From NCBI GenBank assembly GCA_942492555.1, contig CALOEX010000004.1:11875-75874 (forward strand): a stretch of 64,000 bases of DNA, written 5' to 3'. The notes below the pieces were generated by a model. That model was not told the origin of the DNA, made no database searches, and was given only the letters and a program-made list of their open reading frames with translations. A program made the translations under genes and the position numbers. Positions 27,282-36,466 of this stretch are shown one piece after another (positions within the stretch are counted from its first letter, which is position 1; the number at the start of each line of letters is the position of its first letter). Source of the DNA: an uncultured Bacteroidota bacterium (lineage in GTDB: Bacteria > Bacteroidota > Bacteroidia > Cytophagales > Amoebophilaceae).

Positions 27282-27695
27282 TTAAGATTCATTTCCTTCA
27301 TCTTCTTCATCTTTTTCCTTATCATCTTCTTCTTCATTGGGATCAAGTCCATATTGATTGGGTCCTTCAACACTTTTTGCACATAAAAGGTAGATAAAAT
27401 AGAAAAAACCGAAAGGAATTAAATTCACAAAAAATAATAATCCTGAATATCCTGCATCATGCAACCTACGAACAAAGGCACTTATTGCCAAAAAAAGCCA
27501 CAAAAAAACTATGATAAGGACTTTTTGCCAAAACAATTTATCCGAATCCAAATCCAAGGTGGGAAGTAGAAAATAAACACCCGAATAAACAATATAATGA
27601 AAGATAAAAAAAGGAAAAAATTCCCCTCTGCGTGTTCTCCCACTAAAAGTGAATATTTGTTTATATCCTTTTAAAATACTACGAAAAATTGACAT
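27282..27695 (-). CDS. DUF805-family inner-membrane protein with acidic C-terminal tail
   Basis: FSGRTRRGEFFPFFIFHYIV... and VRRLHDAGYSG are DUF805 hallmarks. The tail is EEEDDKEKDEEDEGNES. Confidence 0.75.
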   Translation of the reverse strand: MSIFRSILKGYKQIFTFSGRTRRGEFFPFFIFHYIVYSGVYFLLPTLDLDSDKLFWQKVLIIVFLWLFLAISAFVRRLHDAGYSGLLFFVNLIPFGFFYFIYLLCAKSVEGPNQYGLDPNEEEDDKEKDEEDEGNES

Positions 27696-27988
27696 GATAC
27701 ACTACAAATTAAATTATTAATTACAACCCTCAAATTTAACAAACAAAAATATTAAAAACAAATTTTTTGGTTATTAAGAAACCATTTTTAAACTTTTCTG
27801 TATGAGAGCAAGGTTGCAAATCCAAAACATACAAAAGCATCTTAGTCTATGCAACCTAGACATAGTATCATACATTTATGTCTTTTCAATAACTTTTATG
27901 TATCAAACTTTGGTGTATACTATTAATTTGTTTAATATTGCCCTTGGTGTTTTGAAACATGTCGATTGCTATCTGCAAATGAATAATT

Positions 27989-30187
27989 ATGGCTACTTTA
28001 AAAAGTATTGTACAAGAATATTTGCGTTCTTTTCCTGTGTCGAAAGTCACAGAAAAAATCAATAAAAAAAAGAAACAAGACCAAAAATTGCAAGCTATTG
28101 TCAACATGAGCCAAGGCAAGGTTTCTCTTGATCACCTGGAGTTGCTAAATGAGAGAGAAAGAGCTGAAGTTGTTTTTAAAATTTTTGGAAAAAGTGATGT
28201 CCTAACTACAACACTTGCAAAACAAAAAAATCCTGTTTTGGATGAATACTCTTGGCAGGATTTCAATTTGATTGCTGGCAATGTCAAAAATCCTGAAAAA
28301 AATGCACTTGCAGATATTAGACGTACCCATACTACCACAGGAGGATGTGTGATGGCAACACAAATGGTAAACCCAAGCACAGATATAAAATATCTCAAAG
28401 ACAAACAAGCAACTACCAAGTTTCTTTTGGATAATGAGGAGGTGTCTAATAAAATCAATAGCCACTTAAAAACTGTTGCAAAAAGTGAGGCTATTGGTTT
28501 GTCGCTTTTTAAGAAAGACAACCACCTTACCAATAGAATCTACAAAAAAGAACTCAATGGGTTTTACTATGGCAAGGGTCATAGTTCTGGTGCTAATATG
28601 TCAACAGGATTTTTGCAGATTGGTAAGTTATGGAAAGATCTCTGTCTTCATTGGGGATTATTTTTCTCCTTATTGTTGTTTGGTTTTTCCGTGATAGTAT
28701 GGGAATGGTGGAATATGTATATATACCTAATCATGTTGACAAAAGGTTATTATCCTATAATGTTGGATGAACATGTAACAGATAACCATTATCCTAATTT
28801 TGTTCAGGATTTTTTTGCTCTAGGTCATCCTTGGTTATTAAGGTTTCAATATTATTTCATCCACAATGATTGGCTATACCCAGGTGTTGGGTTCATAAGA
28901 TTTAGCACGTCTCCTGTATTAACGGAGCAACAAATAGATTTGTTCAAGGGGGTTTTAGAATATAAACCATTGGAAAAATCACTATGGGATCAATTGGTGA
29001 AAATTTATCAAGACCCTAAAGCACATTGGGTAGACAAAATTTTTAACTACTCCTGGGCAGTTAGCTTTGTTTTATATGGGCTACTATTTTGGTTTTTTGC
29101 TATTAAAAAGTTTAATAAACATAGGAGAATACTCAACTTTTTGGCAGAGCATCTTGTGAGTATACAAGACCTTGTGTTGAGTGTTACAAAAATGAGCAAA
29201 ATAATAGAAAAACATCCTCTTTTAGAAAAACATTACGGACATCATCTAAAAGCCACAAGAACTCTTTTGGCAAAGAAACATAAGAATAAGGATGTTAACA
29301 GAATGATGGATTACTTTCAAAAAGTCCCTTTGCGTAACCGCTGGTATTTCTTCCATAATACAGGGCGCATGTTAGCAACTTACAAGCTTTTCCAAAAATA
29401 TAAATATCAATTGGCAGACTTATATTATGAAATGGGGCTTATAGATGCACAAATGTCTATATGTAAGTTAATGGTAGAATCTAGAAAATACAATGCCAAT
29501 AACTGTTTTGTTTTTGGACAACTCGAAAATAATGCCAATAACCATGCTGTTCTTGAAATGAAAAACATGTGGAACTTTGGTATAGATGCGAACAAAGTAG
29601 TGTGCAACAACATCACACTAGATAGCACCAATCGTCCACGTACCATCATCATTACCGGTCCTAATGCAGGAGGCAAAAGCACCTACATTTTAGGGGCAGG
29701 AATCAATGCAGTGCTTAACCAAGTCTATGGCATTGTTGCAGCACAAGAGGCCAAACAGAGTATCTTTTATAAGATCATCACCTATGTAAACCCGACGCAA
29801 AACCTTGCTGCTGGCCTTTCGCTAGCAGAAGCAGGTATGGAAGTACTCAAAGCACATAAAAGTTCTTTAGAAGAAACAAAGCAACCCGTTTTGGCTATTG
29901 TAGATGAGATATTGAATGGTACAGATCCTAAGGTGGCAGCAGATTTCTCTTACCAAATCTTAAAGAAAAGAAATCAAGATTATCCAAATTGTGTTACCCT
30001 ATTGACAACACACTACATGAATCTGCCAAAACTAACCCAAGAAAGCGATTTCTTTACCAACAAAAAAGTCGTTGTTACCATGCCAGGTAGCCAAGGAAGA
30101 AAATTTGACTATACTTTCAAAATTGAAGATGGTGTTACCGATCAAAATATCGTAGGGGAAATGCTGGAAGAAAAAGGCATTCTTTAA
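27989..30187 (+). CDS. MutS-related ATPase (domain V only) with internal transmembrane segments
   Basis: The C-terminus carries IIITGPNAGGKSTYILG (Walker A), LAIVDEILNGTDP (Walker B) and LLTTHY. TM-like stretches are LHWGLFFSLLLFGFSVIVWEWW and AVSFVLYGLLFWFFAI. No mismatch-binding N-domain motifs were seen. Confidence 0.8.
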   Translation: MATLKSIVQEYLRSFPVSKVTEKINKKKKQDQKLQAIVNMSQGKVSLDHLELLNERERAEVVFKIFGKSDVLTTTLAKQKNPVLDEYSWQDFNLIAGNVKNPEKNALADIRRTHTTTGGCVMATQMVNPSTDIKYLKDKQATTKFLLDNEEVSNKINSHLKTVAKSEAIGLSLFKKDNHLTNRIYKKELNGFYYGKGHSSGANMSTGFLQIGKLWKDLCLHWGLFFSLLLFGFSVIVWEWWNMYIYLIMLTKGYYPIMLDEHVTDNHYPNFVQDFFALGHPWLLRFQYYFIHNDWLYPGVGFIRFSTSPVLTEQQIDLFKGVLEYKPLEKSLWDQLVKIYQDPKAHWVDKIFNYSWAVSFVLYGLLFWFFAIKKFNKHRRILNFLAEHLVSIQDLVLSVTKMSKIIEKHPLLEKHYGHHLKATRTLLAKKHKNKDVNRMMDYFQKVPLRNRWYFFHNTGRMLATYKLFQKYKYQLADLYYEMGLIDAQMSICKLMVESRKYNANNCFVFGQLENNANNHAVLEMKNMWNFGIDANKVVCNNITLDSTNRPRTIIITGPNAGGKSTYILGAGINAVLNQVYGIVAAQEAKQSIFYKIITYVNPTQNLAAGLSLAEAGMEVLKAHKSSLEETKQPVLAIVDEILNGTDPKVAADFSYQILKKRNQDYPNCVTLLTTHYMNLPKLTQESDFFTNKKVVVTMPGSQGRKFDYTFKIEDGVTDQNIVGEMLEEKGIL

Positions 30188-30358
30188 TAACATATGGCTT
30201 AATAAGCATAGGGCAACATCATTGTTGTGTATTGTATGCAACTATAAAAAGAAGTATATTGATGCCAAGAACTAGCCATTACACAGATGGAAGTTTACAC
30301 CAGTCTGAAGTTTGGTCTTTAGTCAAAGGGTAGTTCATTTATTCATCTATATAAATTT

Positions 30359-31819
30359 ATGGAAAAAGCTTCTTTGCAAGAAATCATTGCCCATAGCAAA
30401 GCTTATGGGTTTATTGGCAATTCCAGTGAAATTTATGGTGGGGTGCAAGCCGTCTATGATTACTTGCCCTACGGTGTTTTACTCAAGCGGAAAATCCAAG
30501 AGTTTTGGTGGAAAACCATGACAAGCCTACATGACAATATAGTTGGGTTGGATGCTTCTATTATCATGTCTCCATCTACTTGGGAAGCTTCTGGACACGT
30601 TGCGGGATTTCATGATTGGATGGTGGACCATAAAACATCCCAAAAAAGATACCGTGTGGATGTTTTAATAGAAGAACATGCCCATAATTTGCAACAGAAG
30701 GGCAAACAAGAAGAAGCAGTAGCATTACTTGCACATATGAATACATTGCTGGAAGCAAGGGATGGAGAAGGGCTCACGCAATTGTTGGTAACACATCACA
30801 TTGTTTGTCCTGTAGCCAAAACAGCAATATGGACAACCGCTAAAGAATTTAATTTAATGTTGGCCACACACTTGGGTTCGGTAAAAGATGACAGTCAAAA
30901 AATCTACTTACGTCCTGAAACAGCACAGGGTATTTTTGTAAATTTTTTGAACGTTCAAAAAACAACACGTCTACAAATCCCTTTTGGAATAGCACAAATA
31001 GGCAAAGCTTTTCGCAATGAAATTGTAGCACGTCAATTTATTTTCCGTATGCGTGAATTTGAGCAGATGGAAATGCAATTTTTTGTTGAGCCAGACAAAG
31101 CCTCCTATTGGTTTGATCACTGGTTGCATATACGAAAAGCATGGTATGAGGTATTGGGCATAAAGGATGTGCGTACCAAGCCACATGAACAACTAGCGCA
31201 TTATGCAGATGCAGCTGTGGATATTGAGTACCTTTTTCCTTTTGGTTTTAAAGAGGTAGAAGGTATTCATAATCGTACTCATTTTGATTTGACAAACCAT
31301 AGTAACCTATCCAAGAAAACCTTGCAGTACTTCGATGCAAAAAACAATCGGCATTACATTCCCTATGTTATCGAAACCTCTGTAGGATGCGATCGGCTTG
31401 TACTCATGTTGTTGTGTCATGCTTTTACCAAAGAAGAACGTAATGGCAACATACGTACTTATTTGCGTTTTCCTGCACCATTGGCCCCCATACAAGTAGC
31501 GGTGCTTCCTCTATTAAGCAAGGAGCCTTTAAAGGAGAAAACTAAACATATTCTCGATATGTTACGCTACCATTTCTCTCTTAGTTATGATGATAAAGGA
31601 TCTATTGGCAAACGCTATACACGGCAAGATTTGTTGGGTACCCCCTATTGTATTACTGTTGATTTTCAGACGTTGGAAGATGATAGCGTTACTATTCGTC
31701 ATAGAGATACCATGGAGCAAATACGTCTACCTATTGCATCAGTACAAGATTTTTTGACAAAACATGTGGACATAAGTGTATTGCTTAAGCAAGTACCTAC
31801 ACAAGTTTCTGCTACATAA
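30359..31819 (+). CDS. glyQS: Glycine--tRNA ligase (class II, homodimeric type)
   Basis: YLRPETAQGIFVNF, FRNEI.ARQFIFRMREFEQMEMQFF, ETSVGCDRL, and a C-terminal anticodon-binding domain. Confidence 0.95.
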   Translation: MEKASLQEIIAHSKAYGFIGNSSEIYGGVQAVYDYLPYGVLLKRKIQEFWWKTMTSLHDNIVGLDASIIMSPSTWEASGHVAGFHDWMVDHKTSQKRYRVDVLIEEHAHNLQQKGKQEEAVALLAHMNTLLEARDGEGLTQLLVTHHIVCPVAKTAIWTTAKEFNLMLATHLGSVKDDSQKIYLRPETAQGIFVNFLNVQKTTRLQIPFGIAQIGKAFRNEIVARQFIFRMREFEQMEMQFFVEPDKASYWFDHWLHIRKAWYEVLGIKDVRTKPHEQLAHYADAAVDIEYLFPFGFKEVEGIHNRTHFDLTNHSNLSKKTLQYFDAKNNRHYIPYVIETSVGCDRLVLMLLCHAFTKEERNGNIRTYLRFPAPLAPIQVAVLPLLSKEPLKEKTKHILDMLRYHFSLSYDDKGSIGKRYTRQDLLGTPYCITVDFQTLEDDSVTIRHRDTMEQIRLPIASVQDFLTKHVDISVLLKQVPTQVSAT

Positions 31820-31858
31820 GCTCTTTCGTTGCCTAAGCTGAAATTGTTTATGTGGGTT

Positions 31859-32851
31859 CTATTGCTCTTTTTTCTTACGTTTTTGTAGCAAGAATAACAA
31901 GCCAATACCCATGAAAGCAAATACAAAAAACAACCATGCTATTTTTGTATTTTGCCCACTTTTCTTATCGGCTTGATGTGGTGCAGTTCTTGTTTTTGTT
32001 ACCTGTGACTTCTTCTGGTTTCCATGGGAATAATAGGCTATTGTAGCTAGGAGACTACCTAAAACCATTATTTTAGTAGGTAAAAATTTAAGAAGTCTTT
32101 TGCACAAAGAAATCTTAGGTTGTATGGTAGGTTTTTTTGCATTGTGCATGTTGGATTGTGTTATTTGTCTATTAGCACATTCCGTAGGTACACGAGGAAC
32201 ACAAGTCTCGGAGCAATTTATAGGTGTTGTTGCATTGTGCATGTTGGATTGTGTTATGTGTATAACTTCCTTAGGTATAGGAGCAACACAAGTCTTGGAA
32301 CAATTTATAGGTTTTTTTAGCGTGTTCCACAATGTAGCAGATTTGGAGTTGTTCTCGCATGTTGGTATGGGTACATTCTTTGATGAAAGAACCAGTACTG
32401 TGCGAGAAGAAGGACTATATAGTGTTGTTTGTAGAGTTTTTGACTTATATAGTTGATCTGTTTTATGAGTTTGAGGTGGAGTTCTTGACACTTTTATATA
32501 CTTATAGAGTTGATCTTTTATATTTTGTATCTTTGTTGCAATGTCTTTATACTTTTTTTCCACTTTTGGGTCGGAAGGATGTATAGTCTTGAGAAGATCT
32601 ATTTCTTTTTTGTATTTTTCTAAATCTTGTTTGTATGCTAAAACAGTTGGACTATTTTTTTTCGGATCTATATTTTTTGCTAATGCATTCAGGTAGTTTT
32701 GTATAGAGTTTAACGATGTTTCTATCTGTTGGAATTGCTTTTCGATAGGGCATGTAGCATGATTTTTCATCGTAGAAGCTTCTTGTGCAGTACAAGCCAT
32801 CATGGTAGTAAACCATAGTGCCCATATCATTTTTTGTTTTGTATTATACAT
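31859..32851 (-). CDS. Hypothetical secreted/lipoprotein-like protein with 31-aa internal repeat and C-terminal TM anchor
   Basis: N-terminus MIWALWFTTMMACTAQ, repeats ...ITQSNMHNA..PINCS.TCV..., C-terminus IAWLFFVFAFMGIGLLFLLQKRKKKEQ. Confidence 0.65.
   Translation of the reverse strand: MYNTKQKMIWALWFTTMMACTAQEASTMKNHATCPIEKQFQQIETSLNSIQNYLNALAKNIDPKKNSPTVLAYKQDLEKYKKEIDLLKTIHPSDPKVEKKYKDIATKIQNIKDQLYKYIKVSRTPPQTHKTDQLYKSKTLQTTLYSPSSRTVLVLSSKNVPIPTCENNSKSATLWNTLKKPINCSKTCVAPIPKEVIHITQSNMHNATTPINCSETCVPRVPTECANRQITQSNMHNAKKPTIQPKISLCKRLLKFLPTKIMVLGSLLATIAYYSHGNQKKSQVTKTRTAPHQADKKSGQNTKIAWLFFVFAFMGIGLLFLLQKRKKKEQ
32138..32323. repeat. 93-bp tandem repeat x2 inside CDS 31859-32851
   Basis: tgcattgtgcatgttggattgtgttat... 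begins at 32138 and again at 32231. Confidence 0.85.
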
Positions 32852-33194
32852 AAATTAAGAAAAAACACTTCCGAAAAAGAGGTAAATGTAATAAAAATCT
32901 ACTCAATACGTTATGGTTTTTGATTATAATAGAGAGTTACATTTCTAATGAAGCAGATATACACTATATTTTTCTTTTTATCCTCGTTTGATTAATATGG
33001 GTTGCTTGCGTGCTTTTTTATCACACATCCAATAAAGAGCTTGTGTATATGCGTGATGGATTTATGTGAACAGTGTATTGAGATGGGGGAGATTTTGTGG
33101 AATGTTAGGTGTTTTTGTAATGGGTTCATGATTGTATACAAAGGGTTTGAGATAGCTTTTTTTCTTTGATCTTTTTTCTATGTCGGGATTTGGC

Positions 33195-33202
33195 TATATT
33201 TG
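33195..33202 (+). promoter_or_regulatory. Candidate -7 box TATATTTG upstream of hslV
   Basis: Exact TAnnTTTG match 50 nt upstream of ATG 33253. Confidence 0.4.
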
Positions 33203-33252
33203 CCTCCTTACTATTATGATAATAGTTTATGATGATTAAAATTTTTGAGTAA

Positions 33253-33813
33253 ATGGATACAAAACTTAAAAGCACTACAGTGGTTGCTATACGCAAAGAT
33301 GGATTCTTCGCTATTGGTGCAGATGGACAGGCTACTTTAGGCAGTACTGTTGTAAAGGGTACTGTAAAAAAAATACGAAAGCTTGCTGGAGGGCAAATAG
33401 TTGCAGGTTTTGCGGGATCTACGGCAGATGCTTTTACGCTTTTAGAACGTTTTGAATCACAACTTAGCTCCCAATCTGGCAATATGTTTCGCTCTGCTAT
33501 TAACTTGGCAAAAGAGTGGCGTACAGATCGCTATCTACGTGTTCTGGAGGCAGTAATGATTGTGGCAGACAAAGAAGAAATATTGTTGTTATCTGGGAAT
33601 GGAGATGTTATGAAGCCAGACCGCGATATCATAGCCATAGGTTCAGGAGGCACTTATGCTCATGCGGCCGCACTAGCATTAAAAGATCATGCGACGCATT
33701 TGAATGCTAAAGAAATGGTAGAAGCAAGTTTAACAATAGCAGCAGATATATGCATATATACCAATCATAATTTTATGATAGAAACGATTGGAGAAGAACC
33801 AGTAAAAAAATAG
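33253..33813 (+). CDS. hslV: ATP-dependent protease subunit HslV
   Basis: TTVVAIRKDG..IGADGQATLGSTVVKGTVKKIRKL..G.AGSTADAF...GSGG.YA. 186 aa. Confidence 0.92.
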   Translation: MDTKLKSTTVVAIRKDGFFAIGADGQATLGSTVVKGTVKKIRKLAGGQIVAGFAGSTADAFTLLERFESQLSSQSGNMFRSAINLAKEWRTDRYLRVLEAVMIVADKEEILLLSGNGDVMKPDRDIIAIGSGGTYAHAAALALKDHATHLNAKEMVEASLTIAADICIYTNHNFMIETIGEEPVKK

Positions 33814-33854
33814 AGGTATATGGAGTCGTATAGTGGTGAAGTGTGAAAACAAAA

Positions 33855-33935
33855 GGGGAGATTCCCGAGTGGCTAAAGGGGATGGACTGTAAATCCATTG
33901 GGTAACCTTCGCAGGTTCGAATCCTGCTCTCCCCA
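33855..33935 (+). tRNA. tRNA-Tyr (GTA)
   Basis: Hand fold: acceptor ggggaga/tctcccc, anticodon stem atgga/tccat, loop ctGTAaa, long variable arm, T-loop ggttcgaatcc. Confidence 0.9.
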
Positions 33936-33947
33936 CTTAAAAATTTT

Positions 33948-34020
33948 GCGGAAGTAGCTCAGTTGGTAGAGCAATAGCCTTCCAAGCTATTGGTCGCGGG
34001 TTCGAGTCCCGTCTTCCGCT
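33948..34020 (+). tRNA. tRNA-Gly (TCC)
   Basis: Acceptor gcggaag/cttccgc, anticodon stem atagc/gctat, loop ctTCCaa, T-loop ttcgagt. Confidence 0.9.
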
Positions 34021-34024
34021 CTTG

Positions 34025-34096
<72 letters not shown>

Positions 34097-34237
34097 CTTC
34101 GTTATAAAAATTACCAAATACTTTTTTTTTTTCGAAAAAAAATGTATTATTGTACGTCTTTAGACTGGTTGTTTGTGGACATTGTAAACAAAAAGTCTTT
34201 TGAAAAAATATATTTTTACGAAATAACTTTAAAGCAT

Positions 34238-35440
34238 ATGGCAAAGAAAAAATTTGAACGTACAAAAGAACACCTTAATATAGGTACTATTGGACACGTA
34301 GACCACGGAAAAACGACGTTTTGTGCTGCACTTACTGCAGTAAGTAGCAGAATGGGGCTTAGTGAGGCCGTACCTTTTGATAAAATTGACAACGCTCCAG
34401 AAGAAAAGGAACGTGGTATTACCATTAAGGCTTCTACCATTGAGTTTGATACACTCAAAAGACATATTTCTGTCACAGACTGTCCTGGTCACAAAGACTA
34501 TATCAAAAACATGATCACAGGTGCTTCTCAAGCAGATGTTCTTGTATTGGTTATTGCTGCTACAGATGGTAAAATGCAACAAACTTCAGAACACGCTTTG
34601 CTTGCCAAGCAAATCAATGTCAAGCACTTGATTGTATTCATCAACAAAATAGATGCTTTAGAAGACGAAAGTCTACTTGAATTGGTAGAAGAAGAAGCAA
34701 GAGAACTTGCTGAAGCCAACGGATTTAAAGATGCTATCGTGCTTTCTGGGTCTGCGCTTGGTGCTTTGAATGGTGATGAAAAATACGAGGAAGGATTCAA
34801 AAAATTCATGGATATTCTTGATGGTCTTCCTTTACCTCCGCGTAAAATAGACAAGCCCTTCTTGATGCCTATCGAAGGAGTCTATGTGATTCAAGGGCGT
34901 GGTACTGTGGTAACTGGTAAAGTTGAGCAAGGTATTGTTAAAGTCAGCGACCAAATGGATCTTATTAGTCAAAAAAAAGATCCATCTAAAGTAACAGTTA
35001 CAGGTGTAGAAACCTTCAAGAAAGAAGTAGAGCAAGGGCAAGCAGGAGATAATTTAGGTATATTGCTACGTGGTATAAGCAAAAAAGACGTTAGCCGTGG
35101 CGATCTTCTTGTAGCACCTGGTAGTATTACTCCACATCATAAATTTAAAGCAGAAGTCTATATATTGACACCAGAAGAAGGTGGTAGGAAAAAAGGTTTT
35201 GCGCAAAATTATCGTCCTCAATACTTCTTCCGTACATCTGATGTAACAGGTAACGTAATAAATATCTTTGCCAAAGAAGGAGATAAGATAGAAAAGAGAG
35301 AAATGGCACTGCCTGGTGACAACGTTATTTTGGAAGTAGAGCTCATTCATAAGGTTGGTATTGATAAAGGGTTAAACTTCGCCATCCGAGAAGGTGGGCG
35401 TACGATTGGAGCAGGTGTTGTTATTGAAATTATTGAATAG
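34238..35440 (+). CDS. tuf: Elongation factor Tu (divergent)
   Basis: MAKKKFERTKEHLNIGTIGHVDHGKTT, DCPGH, NKID, GRGTVVTG, FAIREGGRTIGAGVV. It sits in the canonical position between tRNA-Thr and tRNA-Trp/secE. The start is taken at the ATG at 34238, not the track start at 34055. Confidence 0.92.
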   Translation: MAKKKFERTKEHLNIGTIGHVDHGKTTFCAALTAVSSRMGLSEAVPFDKIDNAPEEKERGITIKASTIEFDTLKRHISVTDCPGHKDYIKNMITGASQADVLVLVIAATDGKMQQTSEHALLAKQINVKHLIVFINKIDALEDESLLELVEEEARELAEANGFKDAIVLSGSALGALNGDEKYEEGFKKFMDILDGLPLPPRKIDKPFLMPIEGVYVIQGRGTVVTGKVEQGIVKVSDQMDLISQKKDPSKVTVTGVETFKKEVEQGQAGDNLGILLRGISKKDVSRGDLLVAPGSITPHHKFKAEVYILTPEEGGRKKGFAQNYRPQYFFRTSDVTGNVINIFAKEGDKIEKREMALPGDNVILEVELIHKVGIDKGLNFAIREGGRTIGAGVVIEIIE

Positions 35441-35517
35441 TTTATCATGAGCAGAACATTACATAGTATCTTTGCTCGTTGGTAAAATAAGCTAAGCAAA
35501 GCTAGGTTATTTTGTCT

Positions 35518-35590
35518 ACGGGTGTAGCTCAGTTGGTAGAGCTTTGGTCTCCAAAACCAAAGGTCGGGAGTTCGAGTCTCTCCACCCGTG
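35518..35590 (+). tRNA. tRNA-Trp (CCA)
   Basis: Acceptor acgggtg/cacccgt, anticodon stem ttggt/accaa, loop ctCCAaa, T-arm gggag-ttcgagt-ctctc. Confidence 0.9.
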
Positions 35591-35685
35591 CTACGATGGA
35601 TTATGTTATGCAAATATATAACTGCATATAGCAAGGAATGATGTTGTTAAGACAACAAGAAACTAATAGCTGTTACGTTAAAAAA

Positions 35686-35886
35686 ATGAAAATTATAAGT
35701 TTTATAAAAAATTCTTTTACAGAAGTAAGATATAAAATTACTTGGCCTTTCTATAAAAAGCTAAAAAATCTTTTGTTGTGTGTTTTTATAGGTACAGCCT
35801 TGATATCCTGTTATTTATTCTTTGCTGATGAAATAAATAAAAAAATACAAGAAGGTATATATGGATGGCTTAATCAGAAATCTTAA
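35686..35886 (+). CDS. secE: Preprotein translocase subunit SecE
   Basis: Small protein with ...EVRYKITWP... and a single TM (LLLCVFIGTALISCYLFF), in the conserved position before nusG. Start taken at the internal ATG (MKIISF). Confidence 0.8.
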   Translation: MKIISFIKNSFTEVRYKITWPFYKKLKNLLLCVFIGTALISCYLFFADEINKKIQEGIYGWLNQKS

Positions 35887-35899
35887 CCTTTAGAAAACA

Positions 35900-36466
35900 A
35901 TGGCAGAATATTTTTGGTATGGACTACGTGTGAGAGGAGGAAAAGAAGAAAAAATAAAAGAGGCAATCGAAGATGGATTTGCGGATAAGCCGTTTAAATC
36001 TGCTTTAAAGTCTGTGTATATTCCTTTTCAAAGGAAGTATGATGTACGCAAAGGCAAAAGAGAAATCAAAAAAAGCTATGTGGCATATATTTTTGTAGAA
36101 ATAGATTTAGCACAAGAAGGTGTACGAGAATATCTCATGGAAATGGAAGGTATTTTTGGATTTATAACCCCAGAAGGCTATAGCAAATATGTAATCCCAA
36201 TGCCTTTGAATCAAGTAGAAATAGACAATATGTTAGGGACACTAGATAGTGCAGAAAAAGCACATAATGATTTAGATGATGCACTAAAAGAAGGAGATCA
36301 AATAGAGATAATAGATGGACCTTTCCAAGGTAATAAGGCCATTGTACAAAAAGCCGATAAACACAGTAAAAAAATTGAAGTTCTGGTACGTATTTTCCAA
36401 AAGGAAACAAAATTAGAACTAAATGCTAATCAAGTTAAAAAAAGTAATCTATGGCAACAACCGTAA
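35900..36466 (+). CDS. nusG: Transcription termination/antitermination factor NusG
   Basis: WYGLRVRGGKEEKI NGN start, a KOW motif GDQIEIIDGPFQGNKAIVQ, and synteny. Confidence 0.92.
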   Translation: MAEYFWYGLRVRGGKEEKIKEAIEDGFADKPFKSALKSVYIPFQRKYDVRKGKREIKKSYVAYIFVEIDLAQEGVREYLMEMEGIFGFITPEGYSKYVIPMPLNQVEIDNMLGTLDSAEKAHNDLDDALKEGDQIEIIDGPFQGNKAIVQKADKHSKKIEVLVRIFQKETKLELNANQVKKSNLWQQP

